Notes: a model not told the origin generated them from the sequence alone. A DNA stretch of 32,000 nt from Haloquadratum walsbyi C23 (GCF_000237865.1 NC_017459.1:2280001-2312000), one strand, 5' to 3'. Positions 1 through 9,734 are shown, counted from the stretch's first letter. Translations and numbers: made by a program.

Positions 1-374
1 AGTTCCCCGAACCCGCCGGCGGGGGTGAAGCCCGACACTCGGCCTAATGCTACGTCTTCTCGATATACCGTTCACCACTTTCCGACATCGCTTCTGTCGT
101 CCCCACATACTATTCGACCTTCCAGAATCCAGCACTCCAGAAATACCTCTCCAGAGCATCCAACCAGTGCGAATCTGAGATAGATACTCACAATCTCGGT
201 GAGTGGAACTGCTATCGAGAGTGACGACGCGTATCCACGTCTGAGGACTGTATGGCACTGTGTGGCACTGCGTCTGCTCAGTATATACTATCACGCGTAC
301 GAGTCGATATGCTTTCGACAAACAACGTATCTATCATCGACAAATCCAAATACCGGCCCATTGATATTAGAGAT

Positions 375-1718
375 ATGTCACAGACACCTGTTGGTATTGA
401 TGGAATTGAATTATGGAGTGGAAAGCTACGGCTTGATCTTCCAAACACATTTGCACCTGTCAAAGATGAAGACCCAGAAAAATACACCAAAGGGTTGGGA
501 GTCGAGCATTCCTCCCTTCCTGATGTGTATGAAGATATCGTAACAATGGGAGCAAACGCCGCAAAACAGCTATTAGACCGAAAGGGGCTAACGCCGGATG
601 ATATCGGTCGAATTGACGTTGCCACAGAATCGGCATTTGACAACTCTAAGCCAGTGTCGACTTATATTGCAGGTTGTCTCGAAGAAGTGTATGAAGATGA
701 CTTTCATCATGCAAACAAAGGAGAGCGGAAGTTTGCTTGCGTTTCAGGCACGCAAAGTATCGATGATGCATACAACTGGATCCGAGCGGGGCGTAATCGC
801 GGTCGCGCTGCATTAGTTATTGCAACGGATACCGCATTATACGAGCGAGGTGACCCTGGTGAAGCAACACAGGGTGCAGGCGCAATAGCGATGCTCATTG
901 ATTCAGACCCAGATATTGTTGCGCTATCGACTGAGCAAGGGTTTGGGAGCGCTGATGAGACGGATTTCCTCAAGCCGAACCAACAGTTCCCAAGTGTTGA
1001 TGGAAAACGATCCATGCAGGTGTATCTCGCGCGAATGCGAGAGGCGCTTGAAGATTATGAATCAATCGCTGACGACACTCATTCTGATGACTTCGCGTAT
1101 ATTCCGTTCCACACGCCATTTCCAGGGATGGTGCGAAAAGCAGCACTCCTTGGATTTAGACATATCTCGCGAGGGACTGACGTCGAATCAGCACTCGCAA
1201 GTGAAATTGGAAGCCAGCCACGAGAATCAGAATATGTATCACGAGAGGCGTATGAGGAAGCAATTCGTGGATATATGGATGAGCTCAAAGAAACGGACAC
1301 ATATCGTGAGTGGTATGAAACCGCAATTGATCCAACGGTCAATATAGCCCGGATGGTTGGAAATTGGTACACCGGGTCAGTACATATTGCACGGCTTTCA
1401 ACACTTATGTCTGCCGTAGATGCAGATCGTGACCTTGCCGGCGAGAAACTCCTTGTTGCATCATATGGATCAGGTGCACAAGCAGAGATTCACGCTGAAA
1501 CTGTACAGCCGGGATGGCGTGAAGCAATTGCACCAATTAATGTTGATACACAACTTGAAGCTCGATATGATCTTTCATTTGATGAATACGAGCGTGTCCA
1601 TGACGTACACAATCATGAAAAAGATACTGAGATTGAGGCATTCACCACGCCTGAATCAGAATTTGTCTTTACTGGATGGGGACGGATGAGCGAGCGACGA
1701 TATGAATATGTTGAGTAA
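375..1718 (+). CDS. hmgB: hydroxymethylglutaryl-CoA synthase (mevalonate pathway)
   Basis: ORF 252..1718. Thiolase-fold HMG-CoA synthase-like sequence along the whole length (VATESAFDNSKP, GAGAIAMLI, ASYGSGAQAE). Start placed at ATG 375 (MSQTPVGIDG), giving about 447 aa as in other haloarchaeal enzymes. The upstream 41 codons are non-acidic. Confidence 0.88.
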   Translation: MSQTPVGIDGIELWSGKLRLDLPNTFAPVKDEDPEKYTKGLGVEHSSLPDVYEDIVTMGANAAKQLLDRKGLTPDDIGRIDVATESAFDNSKPVSTYIAGCLEEVYEDDFHHANKGERKFACVSGTQSIDDAYNWIRAGRNRGRAALVIATDTALYERGDPGEATQGAGAIAMLIDSDPDIVALSTEQGFGSADETDFLKPNQQFPSVDGKRSMQVYLARMREALEDYESIADDTHSDDFAYIPFHTPFPGMVRKAALLGFRHISRGTDVESALASEIGSQPRESEYVSREAYEEAIRGYMDELKETDTYREWYETAIDPTVNIARMVGNWYTGSVHIARLSTLMSAVDADRDLAGEKLLVASYGSGAQAEIHAETVQPGWREAIAPINVDTQLEARYDLSFDEYERVHDVHNHEKDTEIEAFTTPESEFVFTGWGRMSERRYEYVE

Positions 1719-2078
1719 ATCGATATTGAGTTAGCACTAGTTAGCCAAGTCAGCGCTCAGTTATGATCTAGAAAGCAGTCCGTGATTTCAATTTCTTTGC
1801 GGTGGAGTCCCCTTCCTCAAATTGCGGTAGTGATGTTGTGACAGGAGATATCTCACAGTCTGCGATTACTACTCTATATATGTGAGACAAGTAATACAAA
1901 ATACAGACAGATTGAGCAATTTTCATGAGTAAAGTGGGTGATTCAGATGATATTTCAGCTCATCGCCGTTCAGAGGAATGCAAGAGAAATTATGTTCATC
2001 TGCATCCAATCGCCCGATTTTCCAGGCGCTCAGATGAATTGGTGTGATATCGGGGCTCAGATGTGACTCCAGAGTGAT

Positions 2079-2789
2079 TCATACTAATCGACGGACATCA
2101 TCAATCATTGTTTCTAAATCTTGATTCGAGAGCGCAAGTGAAAACCCATCAATCGTTGCCAGTGCTGGGGCGTGTTCCCAAAGCTCTGCCTCAGTAACCC
2201 CATGAAGTACAACTGCATTTGGGGTTGGATTGACGACGCGCATTGCGACGAGTGGGGATTCACCACGCGTGATGCCTGTAAAGACAAGTGCACGCGATGT
2301 GGACTGTCCATATAGCCGATAAAACTCCTCAGACGAAAGGCGAGTTATCGCTTCAATACTATTGATGATTGTGTGTCCACTGATGCGGTCATGATCACCA
2401 CGGACGATTTCAGTTGCACCCATCGCCTCATATAATGTCTCAAGTGGGATTGCTGTTGGATATTCTCGCAGATCTTGAACGATATCACTCTCAAATCCAG
2501 CCGAAATAACACGCGCGTATTGTCGAATGCGACCACCACCACGCGCTTCATCAATATCTAATAACGCTTCAACCATCCGTCGAACAACACCGATTCCTGG
2601 GCTCTCGCGTCGTCCGCTTTCATAATCTGAGATTACTGATGAGGACACATCGAGCTGATCAGCAAGCGTCGTCTGTGAAATATCAAAATCCGTACGCCAT
2701 TTTCGGAGTGTTGCACCAGGGTCATTGCTGAGTGTGACCTCACCGGCGATTCGACGAGCTAGATCATCTCGCGGAGCAGCGGTCGTCAT
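2079..2789 (-). CDS. XRE-type HTH transcription regulator with a C-terminal domain (archaeal COG1395-like)
   Basis: 236-aa ORF, ATG 2789, TGA 2079. HTH segment LRKWRTDFDISQTTLADQLDVSSSVISDYESGRRESP. Acidic composition. Confidence 0.7.
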   Translation of the reverse strand: MTTAAPRDDLARRIAGEVTLSNDPGATLRKWRTDFDISQTTLADQLDVSSSVISDYESGRRESPGIGVVRRMVEALLDIDEARGGGRIRQYARVISAGFESDIVQDLREYPTAIPLETLYEAMGATEIVRGDHDRISGHTIINSIEAITRLSSEEFYRLYGQSTSRALVFTGITRGESPLVAMRVVNPTPNAVVLHGVTEAELWEHAPALATIDGFSLALSNQDLETMIDDVRRLV

Positions 2790-3040
2790 CCAAATAGCTC
2801 CTTTTGTGAGTTGTTCACGTATATCTATTCATTATTGCCGTTGGCTACTAAAAAGCGTATCAACCATTCATTCGATATATAATGAAGATACTTCAGAAAC
2901 TGTGAATCTAGAACCAATAGAGAATATTCGGATCAGAGTATATTATTTATATCATTAGTTCATGACACATGAGGGTGAGTATCAATTTTATTTTTGATAC
3001 CAGACGAACGCTCAAGCTTCTGTATGTCAGAAAAATAGGT

Positions 3041-3745
3041 GTGCCATCAACACTCGTTCATATTTCGCTTGGGCTATTACTTGCGGTTGGGATTCTTGGA
3101 GATCGTTTCACTGGACGACACGTATTAATTGTTGCTGGAGCGACAGCACTGCCGGATCTTGATGTTGCATTTGAAGTGATGTTTTCTGGCGCTCATCGCG
3201 CCGTTGGACACACATTTGTCCTGCCAACCTTACTCATAATTGGATTAATCTGGGAAACACGGTGGCGGCAACAATCAATACTCCGACAGCGATATGGAGA
3301 CTCTGGCGTTGAGATGTCGTTTGTCGCTGTCGGTTGCATGTTCGCAGCCGGAATTGTTCCTGATCTCGTTGTGGGAGGAGTGAATGTGTTTTATCCGTTT
3401 CATGACGCATTTATGACAGTCGATGGACGATTATTATACTCAACAGATCGTGGATGGGTGCAAACGTTCATAGAACCATCAGCGTCACCAGATGCAACAC
3501 AGTCACGGACAACACAAAACTTTGAGTTTCGGACTGTAATCGATGCAGAACCAACACTTGGAGCAGACACTGACTCAGGAGGTGTCGAATCAGAGCAACC
3601 ACAGGTTGAGCGGATTTTTCCAGTTGCAATGACGGGATTTCGAGGGTGGCTCCTTCCACTCGCAGCAATCGTGACGTCACTCCGATTGTACCGTAGCCGA
3701 CATGAACACGCAGAGCGTGATACGATCACAAATATGACAGAATAA
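3041..3745 (+). CDS. membrane-bound metal-dependent hydrolase, YdjM/DUF457-like
   Basis: ORF 2969..3745. Family-typical N-terminus (M)PSTLVHISLGLLLA starts at GTG 3041, followed by PDLDV and GAHRAVGHTF motifs and several TM segments. The 24 codons before 3041 are basic and atypical. Confidence 0.58.
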   Translation: MPSTLVHISLGLLLAVGILGDRFTGRHVLIVAGATALPDLDVAFEVMFSGAHRAVGHTFVLPTLLIIGLIWETRWRQQSILRQRYGDSGVEMSFVAVGCMFAAGIVPDLVVGGVNVFYPFHDAFMTVDGRLLYSTDRGWVQTFIEPSASPDATQSRTTQNFEFRTVIDAEPTLGADTDSGGVESEQPQVERIFPVAMTGFRGWLLPLAAIVTSLRLYRSRHEHAERDTITNMTE

Positions 3746-3847
3746 TGAGATATGAAGGTTTCACCAATACTTGTTCATAGGTTCACTATACTCTCAAATG
3801 ATCAAATCGTACTTCATGAGTCGAGCTAAAATGAATAACCAGCACCG

Positions 3848-4441
3848 ATGAGTTGCCCGCCAGAGATCACAATCCGTCCATACGAACAACTCAGTGATGA
3901 AAAGGCTCTGTGGAAGTGTAAGCAAGCATTCGAGCGTGAACTTGGCGCTAAGACCGGAGATGCTGAAAAGTCCGATTTATATCAATCAAAGTTAACAGCA
4001 ACATATCATGATCGGTGGCTGGCGTGGGTTAGTCACTGCGTCGGAATCGATCCGGGATGTATCGCCGTTGCTATGATCGACGATCATACAGAGGTGTGTG
4101 ACCACCCTACGGTCAATAATATTAATAAATTGAATAACGATAGGAACGGCACAAAGACAGCTAAGACAAATACACTCGTCGGTTACGCATTTTTGCTCCC
4201 AGAGTTATTCGGGTTCATCTGGGATGCAGCTGTGCTCAATGAATTGTATGTCGCTCCATCATACCGTGGTGAGGGAGTCGCCGATGCATTATTTGAAGCT
4301 ATACTTACAATTGCCCGCGAGCAGACCTTACCAGTAAATCGGCTTGTATTAGATGTTGATCCGAAAAATGACCGTGCTCGGGCATTTTATGATCGTCATG
4401 GGTGTGATCGATGGGGTGAGATGCTCACGCGGTCACTGTAA
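3848..4441 (+). CDS. GNAT family N-acetyltransferase
   Basis: 197-aa ORF. Acetyl-CoA binding core LYVAPSYRGEGVADALFEAIL...ARAFYDRHG. Contains an Asn/Thr-rich AT-rich insert (PTVNNINKLNNDRNGTKTAKTNT). Confidence 0.75.
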   Translation: MSCPPEITIRPYEQLSDEKALWKCKQAFERELGAKTGDAEKSDLYQSKLTATYHDRWLAWVSHCVGIDPGCIAVAMIDDHTEVCDHPTVNNINKLNNDRNGTKTAKTNTLVGYAFLLPELFGFIWDAAVLNELYVAPSYRGEGVADALFEAILTIAREQTLPVNRLVLDVDPKNDRARAFYDRHGCDRWGEMLTRSL

Positions 4442-4577
4442 GAATTATTGGAAATATGATTTCATGTGAGACGAAGTACGCAATCAGACATTCCAGTACT
4501 GTTCAGTGCAGTTTTAACATCATCTGATGGTTGAATAGAGGTCAAGATTCTTGCAACCCCTCTGTGTAGTATCGATT

Positions 4578-5087
4578 ATGCTTCAGCGTTTTCGTGCGAA
4601 TGGTCCGGCTCTTCTTGTTCCGCTCGCATGGATTGTTGTCGGTGCCGCACATGCGGAGTATGTGTCGTTAGAAGCACTGACAATCGCTCATGGTGTAATG
4701 GCTGTCATATTAGCTGGATTTGTTCTGCTCTCCTGGAGTGATATGCGTTCTGGCGCTCTTCGGACATGGTGGATTATTGTTGCGATTGGGTTTGTTATTA
4801 CACTTAGTGGGTTGATTGGGTTACTCTCGACGCCACTGAATCGAGGTCTCCTTCGCGTTTCACTTAGTGGGTGGATGCTTCTTCCTGCAATCGGATTTAT
4901 TGACACCGGTCGCCGGTCAGGTGCAGTACCATTAACAACGTTTGGGGCTGCTGTTATCTCGGTTGCTGGAACGGTGCTTTACTTTATCAGCGGTAGTGAA
5001 ATGGTTTTAATATTTGCTGGACTCGCACTTGTCGGAGTCGGTCAAACAATCGGAATTGTTGATGCAGTCATCCGATATCAGATATAA
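4578..5087 (+). CDS. hypothetical integral membrane protein (about 5 TM)
   Basis: The track ORF 4551..5087 begins at TTG. The first ATG is at 4578 (MLQRFRANG). Hydrophobic helices throughout. No recognisable family. Confidence 0.5.
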   Translation: MLQRFRANGPALLVPLAWIVVGAAHAEYVSLEALTIAHGVMAVILAGFVLLSWSDMRSGALRTWWIIVAIGFVITLSGLIGLLSTPLNRGLLRVSLSGWMLLPAIGFIDTGRRSGAVPLTTFGAAVISVAGTVLYFISGSEMVLIFAGLALVGVGQTIGIVDAVIRYQI

Positions 5088-5149
5088 GATATAATATAAT
5101 TACATTTTTGAGAGTGTGTATAGTGAACGTGATACAATACTCTGTGCGA

Positions 5150-6388
5150 TTATTGATCCCACTCGCGAAGTGTCGACCGAACCGTCGAGGGTGACGCAGC
5201 AAGTCCACCACCTTGTGCAAATGATGGTCCGCCACCACCTCCACCACCATATGTATCCGTGAGTTCATCAATCACTGTGCCAGCATTGACCTCGCTCGCA
5301 TCATCAGCAGCGATAACGACAAATGGACGCTCACCAGTACCAACAATAGCAATAACCGAACCATGAGGTACTCCTTCATGATCAATATTGGATGGTGACT
5401 TGAGAGCCCGCTTTGCAGCCTCTCCAGCGTCATTTACCCCAACAGATATCTCTGTGATCGATCCAATACGCCAGACTGCCGTGTCGGTCTGTGTCGATTC
5501 GAAATCAGCAATTGCTGAATCAAGTATCTTCGCCTCTAAGTCATTCACCCGTGATTCAAGCTCATCACGTTCATCACGAAGTGCAGTCGCCCGATCACTC
5601 AAATTAATAATATTTGTTTCCAACGCTATTGCTGTTTCACGAAGCGCACGATGTTGTGTTGCTCGTCGATCAATTCCTGTTGGTCCGACAGCAAACTCAA
5701 TTCGTGTCATTCCTTCACCTGGATTTGATCGCTCAAGAACTGTCACCGGACCAACCGCACTGGTGTTCCCAACATGCGTCCCGCCACATGCGGCTACATC
5801 CCATCCGTCGATATCAACAAGTCGAACAGAATCGGCATCACTCATGACGCCCTCTTCGGTTTTAGTGTTGAATGCAACATCCTCACGCGCTGCTGCCTCA
5901 GCTGTCGGGACGGTCTCCCACGTTACGTCCCGACTTTCCCAGACGGTGCGGTTTGTCAATTGCTCTAATTTGATGAGTGTTTCATCATCAATCGGTGTCG
6001 TTGTCGTGAAGTCAACACGAATTTTCTCAGAATTAATCCCAAATCCACCATAGCCAAGATTATCAAGAATCTGACGACCAGCGCCATAGATAATATGACT
6101 TGCAGTGTGTGCCCGCATGCAATAATTGCGGAATTCATCGTCAATGATACCGATTATGTCATCACCGATATCAAATGTGGGCGTCGATGCAAGCGTATGT
6201 TTAACAACACCATCCGCTGACTGCACGTCAGTCACTGAGATGTCACTAAGCGTCCCGATATCCGGTGGTTGTCCACCACTCTCAGCATAAAAGTATGTAT
6301 GGTCTAATGTCACTACTTGTCCGTCAATTCCCGTGACGGTCGCAGTAAACTCACGCACAGTTGGGTCATTCGGAGCGCGGGTTTGCAT
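5150..6388 (-). CDS. alaXL: alanyl-tRNA editing protein AlaX-L (tRNA_SAD editing domain plus DHHA1-like C-terminus)
   Basis: ORF 5150..6412 starts at TTG. First ATG at 6388 (MQTRAPNDP). Zinc motifs HTASHI and CGGTHV. C-terminal GGGGGG/AQGGG as in AlaRS/AlaX C-domains. Confidence 0.85.
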   Translation of the reverse strand: MQTRAPNDPTVREFTATVTGIDGQVVTLDHTYFYAESGGQPPDIGTLSDISVTDVQSADGVVKHTLASTPTFDIGDDIIGIIDDEFRNYCMRAHTASHIIYGAGRQILDNLGYGGFGINSEKIRVDFTTTTPIDDETLIKLEQLTNRTVWESRDVTWETVPTAEAAAREDVAFNTKTEEGVMSDADSVRLVDIDGWDVAACGGTHVGNTSAVGPVTVLERSNPGEGMTRIEFAVGPTGIDRRATQHRALRETAIALETNIINLSDRATALRDERDELESRVNDLEAKILDSAIADFESTQTDTAVWRIGSITEISVGVNDAGEAAKRALKSPSNIDHEGVPHGSVIAIVGTGERPFVVIAADDASEVNAGTVIDELTDTYGGGGGGGPSFAQGGGLAASPSTVRSTLREWDQ

Positions 6389-6529
6389 ATGTGACAATTT
6401 AGCCAGGATCAAATCAACTTCGCGATATCAAAGTACCGAGTCAAAATGGATGTTATCAATATAAATAGAGGTCATGTCAGAGTCGTCGTCCCACGGGAAT
6501 ATACATGAACTATGATGCGAATAATACAC

Positions 6530-7045
6530 CTACTCATCAACGAGTGTGATATCAAGCGTTGATTCAAGTTCGCGAATGAGTGACCCCCCAACACCTGCTC
6601 TTGTTGCTCGACCCTGTTCAACTGCGAGTATGTCTCCTGATTCGACCTCTAATTCAGTCGCTAACTCATCAATCGTAAATCCAGCAGCTTGGCGAGCGGA
6701 CGCTGCAATCTCACCATATTCGGAGACAAGATATGGAAGTTGGTCCTGTTCGTAATTCGTTCCCTCACGCTCCCAATGACGTGAATCGCTAGTTGCTTGA
6801 TCATGCATGCGTGCATGCTGCTGCACAGCCCGTTTCTGTCGTGATGGCTCATCATCACTTCGTTCCTCATTATTACTGCTACCAGGACCAGCCCCCGCAT
6901 CATCGTGTGGTGTACATTCTTCACAGATGAGTAATTCGGCGCCAGCGACGTTTGCCTGCGTAAGCGTGGCTGTTGATTGCCCACAGAGTTCACAACTGTC
7001 GCCGTCACCGCTACCACCTCCGCTCCCGGTGGAGTATTTTGGCAT
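6530..7045 (-). CDS. mbf1: archaeal MBF1-type regulator (N-terminal zinc ribbon plus C-terminal HTH)
   Basis: 171 aa. CELCG...CEEC zinc ribbon, acidic linker, HTH segment AASARQAAGFTIDELATELEVESGDILAVEQG. Confidence 0.8.
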   Translation of the reverse strand: MPKYSTGSGGGSGDGDSCELCGQSTATLTQANVAGAELLICEECTPHDDAGAGPGSSNNEERSDDEPSRQKRAVQQHARMHDQATSDSRHWEREGTNYEQDQLPYLVSEYGEIAASARQAAGFTIDELATELEVESGDILAVEQGRATRAGVGGSLIRELESTLDITLVDE

Positions 7046-7063
7046 ACGACCACATACTAACTC

Positions 7064-7075
7064 TATTTATATAAA
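7064..7075 (-). promoter_or_regulatory. TATA-like box for mbf1 (probably leaderless transcript)
   Basis: The minus strand reads TTTATATAAATA, centred about 25 nt upstream of ATG 7045. Confidence 0.4.
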
Positions 7076-7705
7076 CCTCAGTTGAACTCAAAGATATATG
7101 TATCAGTTATTCATGATAACTAAGTTACTCTAATGATGAATGGAATTCAGCACTCCCCCGCAATATTCGCCAATACTGTGTTATACAGGATCAAGGAGAA
7201 TACCTGCGGGTCCAGCCCTGTCTTTTACCCACAAGTCCGTGGAGTCGTAACCAGACGTTTCAAACGCTCTCAGAGGTATTTTGAACGCAAAAAATCGAGG
7301 CGAGAAGCGATTCAGATAGTGATATCGGCTGTGGGAGTTACAGAACGCCGGTAATCAACTCCACTACACTTGTTCCAAAGAGGTGTTGAAACTGTAGATA
7401 CCGAGGATTTCAGTCGTGCTCGCCGATCCCGATCCCGTTCCGCTAAAATCTTGACTCGAGTTGTGGGTAAGAGACAGCCCTTGTGGTCGGGGTTGTTCAC
7501 GGGCCGCTGTTGATGCTGGTGTCATATCCCTGAATTGTTGAATAGTAATTGTTTTGATATATTGTAAACCCATTGATGACTATCGGTCGGGAGTGGACTA
7601 CGGACAACAGCGGCGGCGGTACCGTCAGCCACTTTTTGAGATCTCCGTGAGTAAAGGGAATCAAGAGTCCCTAGATTCAAGAACACTCTCCGAGTACCGT
7701 ATCGT

Positions 7706-8053
7706 ATGACCAATGACTCAAACACATCACCGAAATTTCTCTCGTCGCTTCCGAGCCAACCGATTACGGATAACATCGTGAAGCAGATCGGTGAAAGCGA
7801 TAGTCCGAAAATTCGCGGAGCGATGGGCTTTCCTGGCTCGACACCGGGCACTATCGAGGTGTTTCTGCTGGCGATGGAATCAAAAACTCACGTGGTCGTA
7901 TTCGATCCGACCGAGGAGCAGTGGCGTGTTTATAACTCGTTCAATACCGAGGACATGACTCACGACGAAATGGTAGACCACGCCAGCGGGATTGCCAACG
8001 AGTGGCTTGCTGAGAGTCTTTCAGATCGTATAGCCGCCGGTGAGGAAGAGTAA
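7706..8053 (+). CDS. hypothetical small acidic protein (island ORF A)
   Basis: 115-aa ORF, ATG 7706. Acidic halophile-like composition, unlike the overlapping antisense ORF 7522..7851. No recognisable domain. Confidence 0.45.
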   Translation: MTNDSNTSPKFLSSLPSQPITDNIVKQIGESDSPKIRGAMGFPGSTPGTIEVFLLAMESKTHVVVFDPTEEQWRVYNSFNTEDMTHDEMVDHASGIANEWLAESLSDRIAAGEEE

Positions 8054-8059
8054 CAATGG

Positions 8060-8395
8060 TTGAGCCCGGATCGACCGCTCACACCTGCTGAAGCTGTGAG
8101 TACGTCACGGAGCAGAGACGAGTTCCTATTGCTCCCAGCGACACCCGATAGCATGTTTGACGGCGATGAGGTCTCGGACGTGCGGGACTTGCTGATCGTG
8201 ACCGAGAGCGTGTTGACTGTCCTTGCTTATGAGGAAGCGTACGGCTGGAATACTGTCATACGATTCGAAAACACAACAAAATTCAAGAAAGCTGTGACGG
8301 CGATTGTCGAGTACCGAGAATACGATCTGTCCGAAGAGGACATCAAAATTATTGTTGCGGACTATCAGTATCTGTACGAAGCGGGATTCGAGTGA
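8060..8395 (+). CDS. hypothetical small acidic protein (island ORF B); start uncertain
   Basis: The track start is TTG 8060. Alternative starts are GTG 8096 and ATG 8153. Begins 7 nt after ORF A ends. By-eye similarity to ORF A in the central region. Confidence 0.4.
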   Translation: MSPDRPLTPAEAVSTSRSRDEFLLLPATPDSMFDGDEVSDVRDLLIVTESVLTVLAYEEAYGWNTVIRFENTTKFKKAVTAIVEYREYDLSEEDIKIIVADYQYLYEAGFE

Positions 8396-8426
8396 GCCAC
8401 AAGAGAGTTCCTGTCTGGGTACAGTC

Positions 8427-8921
8427 ATGAAGTTACGTTACTACGCAGACTCGGACATTCGAGAGTTGCACAACCACGTGCTACGGCTGTTGGAGAAGGT
8501 CCACGACAACCACGACATCCCGGTTGAGACCGACCGGATCAACGAACAGCACGGACCTATCACAGACTTCCCCGGCGAGGTGCAGGCTTCGACACGCGAA
8601 GAGGTCTACAAGCGCGACCTCAAGCGTAACCATGCCCTGAACGAGTCCATCGAGCCGATTCCCTCAGAGGGATTCAAACGCTACGGCAAGCTCGACATTG
8701 CGGGGAACGTTGCGGTCGTCGATAACGAGGGAACCGTCCGGTGGGCGTCAACGCTTCCGGGCTACGCCGATGGTTATGGACCAGGTGCTGAGTCACAGAC
8801 TGCGATGGACTTTCTCGAAGACATCGCCATCTCCCCAAGCAATCGTATCTGTGTCAAGTGTCTCAATCTGCTGGACGGCGACGAGAGTTTCTGCCCGAAT
8901 TGTGGTCACGATCTGTCGTGA
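8427..8921 (+). CDS. hypothetical protein with C-terminal zinc ribbon (island ORF C)
   Basis: The track ORF 8304..8921 overlaps ORF B. First ATG at 8427 (MKLRYYADSD), 164 aa. C-terminus CVKC-x10-CPNC. Confidence 0.55.
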   Translation: MKLRYYADSDIRELHNHVLRLLEKVHDNHDIPVETDRINEQHGPITDFPGEVQASTREEVYKRDLKRNHALNESIEPIPSEGFKRYGKLDIAGNVAVVDNEGTVRWASTLPGYADGYGPGAESQTAMDFLEDIAISPSNRICVKCLNLLDGDESFCPNCGHDLS

Positions 8922-8990
8922 ACCAACAAACCCCAACGGGCATCCAGACAAAAAGAGATAGAGCGAGACGATACGAGAGCGAGTCCGACT

Positions 8991-9734
8991 TTAGCCCATC
9001 TTATCCAGCGCATCTCGATGATCTTCTACAGGCACTTGATTGTATTTCATCGTCGTCTTCGGGGCTTTGTGACGAAGCTGGGATTTCGTGACCGCAAGGT
9101 CCCTCTCCTTTGTCATGAGTGTCCCAACTGAGTGTCTGATCGTGTACCACGACATAGACCGATTGCCCGTCTCGACCCCAGCCTCGTCGCAGAGCTGATG
9201 TAGGAGCCACCGGAGACTCTTTGATCTATAGGGATTTCCCTGACTGGTCAACCAGAGCAGATGACTATTCGTGTATCGGCCGTACAGCTGGTGTTCGTCT
9301 TTCCACCGTTCCACCGCTGTTGCCGTCCGCTCGGTTAGGCTCACGGTCCAGTTTCCGACGTTCTTTGACGATTCCTGCTTCGGGATTCGTAGGACTGCAT
9401 TATCGGTATCAATCCATGACTCTCTGACATTACTGACTTCATCTGGGGGGTATCGGTAGCCGTCACCCTCTATCCAGACCCACTTGTCGAACTTTGCCAT
9501 TCGATATGCATCGGAGTAGACTGTGTACTCGGAGTAGCCTTTGTCCTTGTCTGGGGACTTCCCGAAGTTCAACAGCCATGACGAGAACTTCACTCGCTGG
9601 TCTTTGTGGTCTACCAGTTCTCTCTCGGTCAATACGCCTTCGTGCGATTTTGGCACCACTGGGATGTTCCGTCCAGGGTCCAAATCGCCGTTTAAGCTAA
9701 TGTCACAGCGTTTCAGATCGATTGGTAGGTCCAT
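8991..9734 (-). CDS. tyrosine recombinase / phage-type integrase, unusually short (possible internally deleted remnant)
   Basis: 247 aa. C-terminal catalytic-domain motifs LRIPKQESSKN...WTVSL, WYTIRHSVGT and LRHKAPKTTMKY (candidate nucleophile Tyr). The N-terminal part resembles haloarchaeal integrases (GYSEYTVYSDAYRMAKFDKWVW). Confidence 0.8.
   Translation of the reverse strand: MDLPIDLKRCDISLNGDLDPGRNIPVVPKSHEGVLTERELVDHKDQRVKFSSWLLNFGKSPDKDKGYSEYTVYSDAYRMAKFDKWVWIEGDGYRYPPDEVSNVRESWIDTDNAVLRIPKQESSKNVGNWTVSLTERTATAVERWKDEHQLYGRYTNSHLLWLTSQGNPYRSKSLRWLLHQLCDEAGVETGNRSMSWYTIRHSVGTLMTKERDLAVTKSQLRHKAPKTTMKYNQVPVEDHRDALDKMG

Noticed and set aside
1-45. GC-rich palindrome CCCGCCGGCGGG at the window edge
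   Set aside because: It is too short and is cut by the window boundary. It could be the tail of an upstream terminator or RNA, but I cannot interpret it.
252-374. N-terminal extension of hmgB and the overlapping ORFs 199..543 and 278..643
   Set aside because: Homology-like sequence starts at MSQTPVGIDG, and the alternatives overlap a well-supported gene in other frames.
5388-6053. 221-aa plus-strand ORF
   Set aside because: It is antisense to alaX. The product is Ser/Arg-rich and basic, so this is a shadow ORF.
7133-7139. Box C-like AUGAUGA (possible C/D sRNA)
   Set aside because: There is no CUGA box D or terminal stem within 40-80 nt downstream.
6900-7800. Search for a distal att direct repeat of the tRNA-Leu 3' end
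   Set aside because: I saw only 6-8 nt chance matches (TACAGGA at about 7177, ATTTTGAACGC at about 7277). This is not enough to call an attL/attR pair, and it needs a computed alignment.
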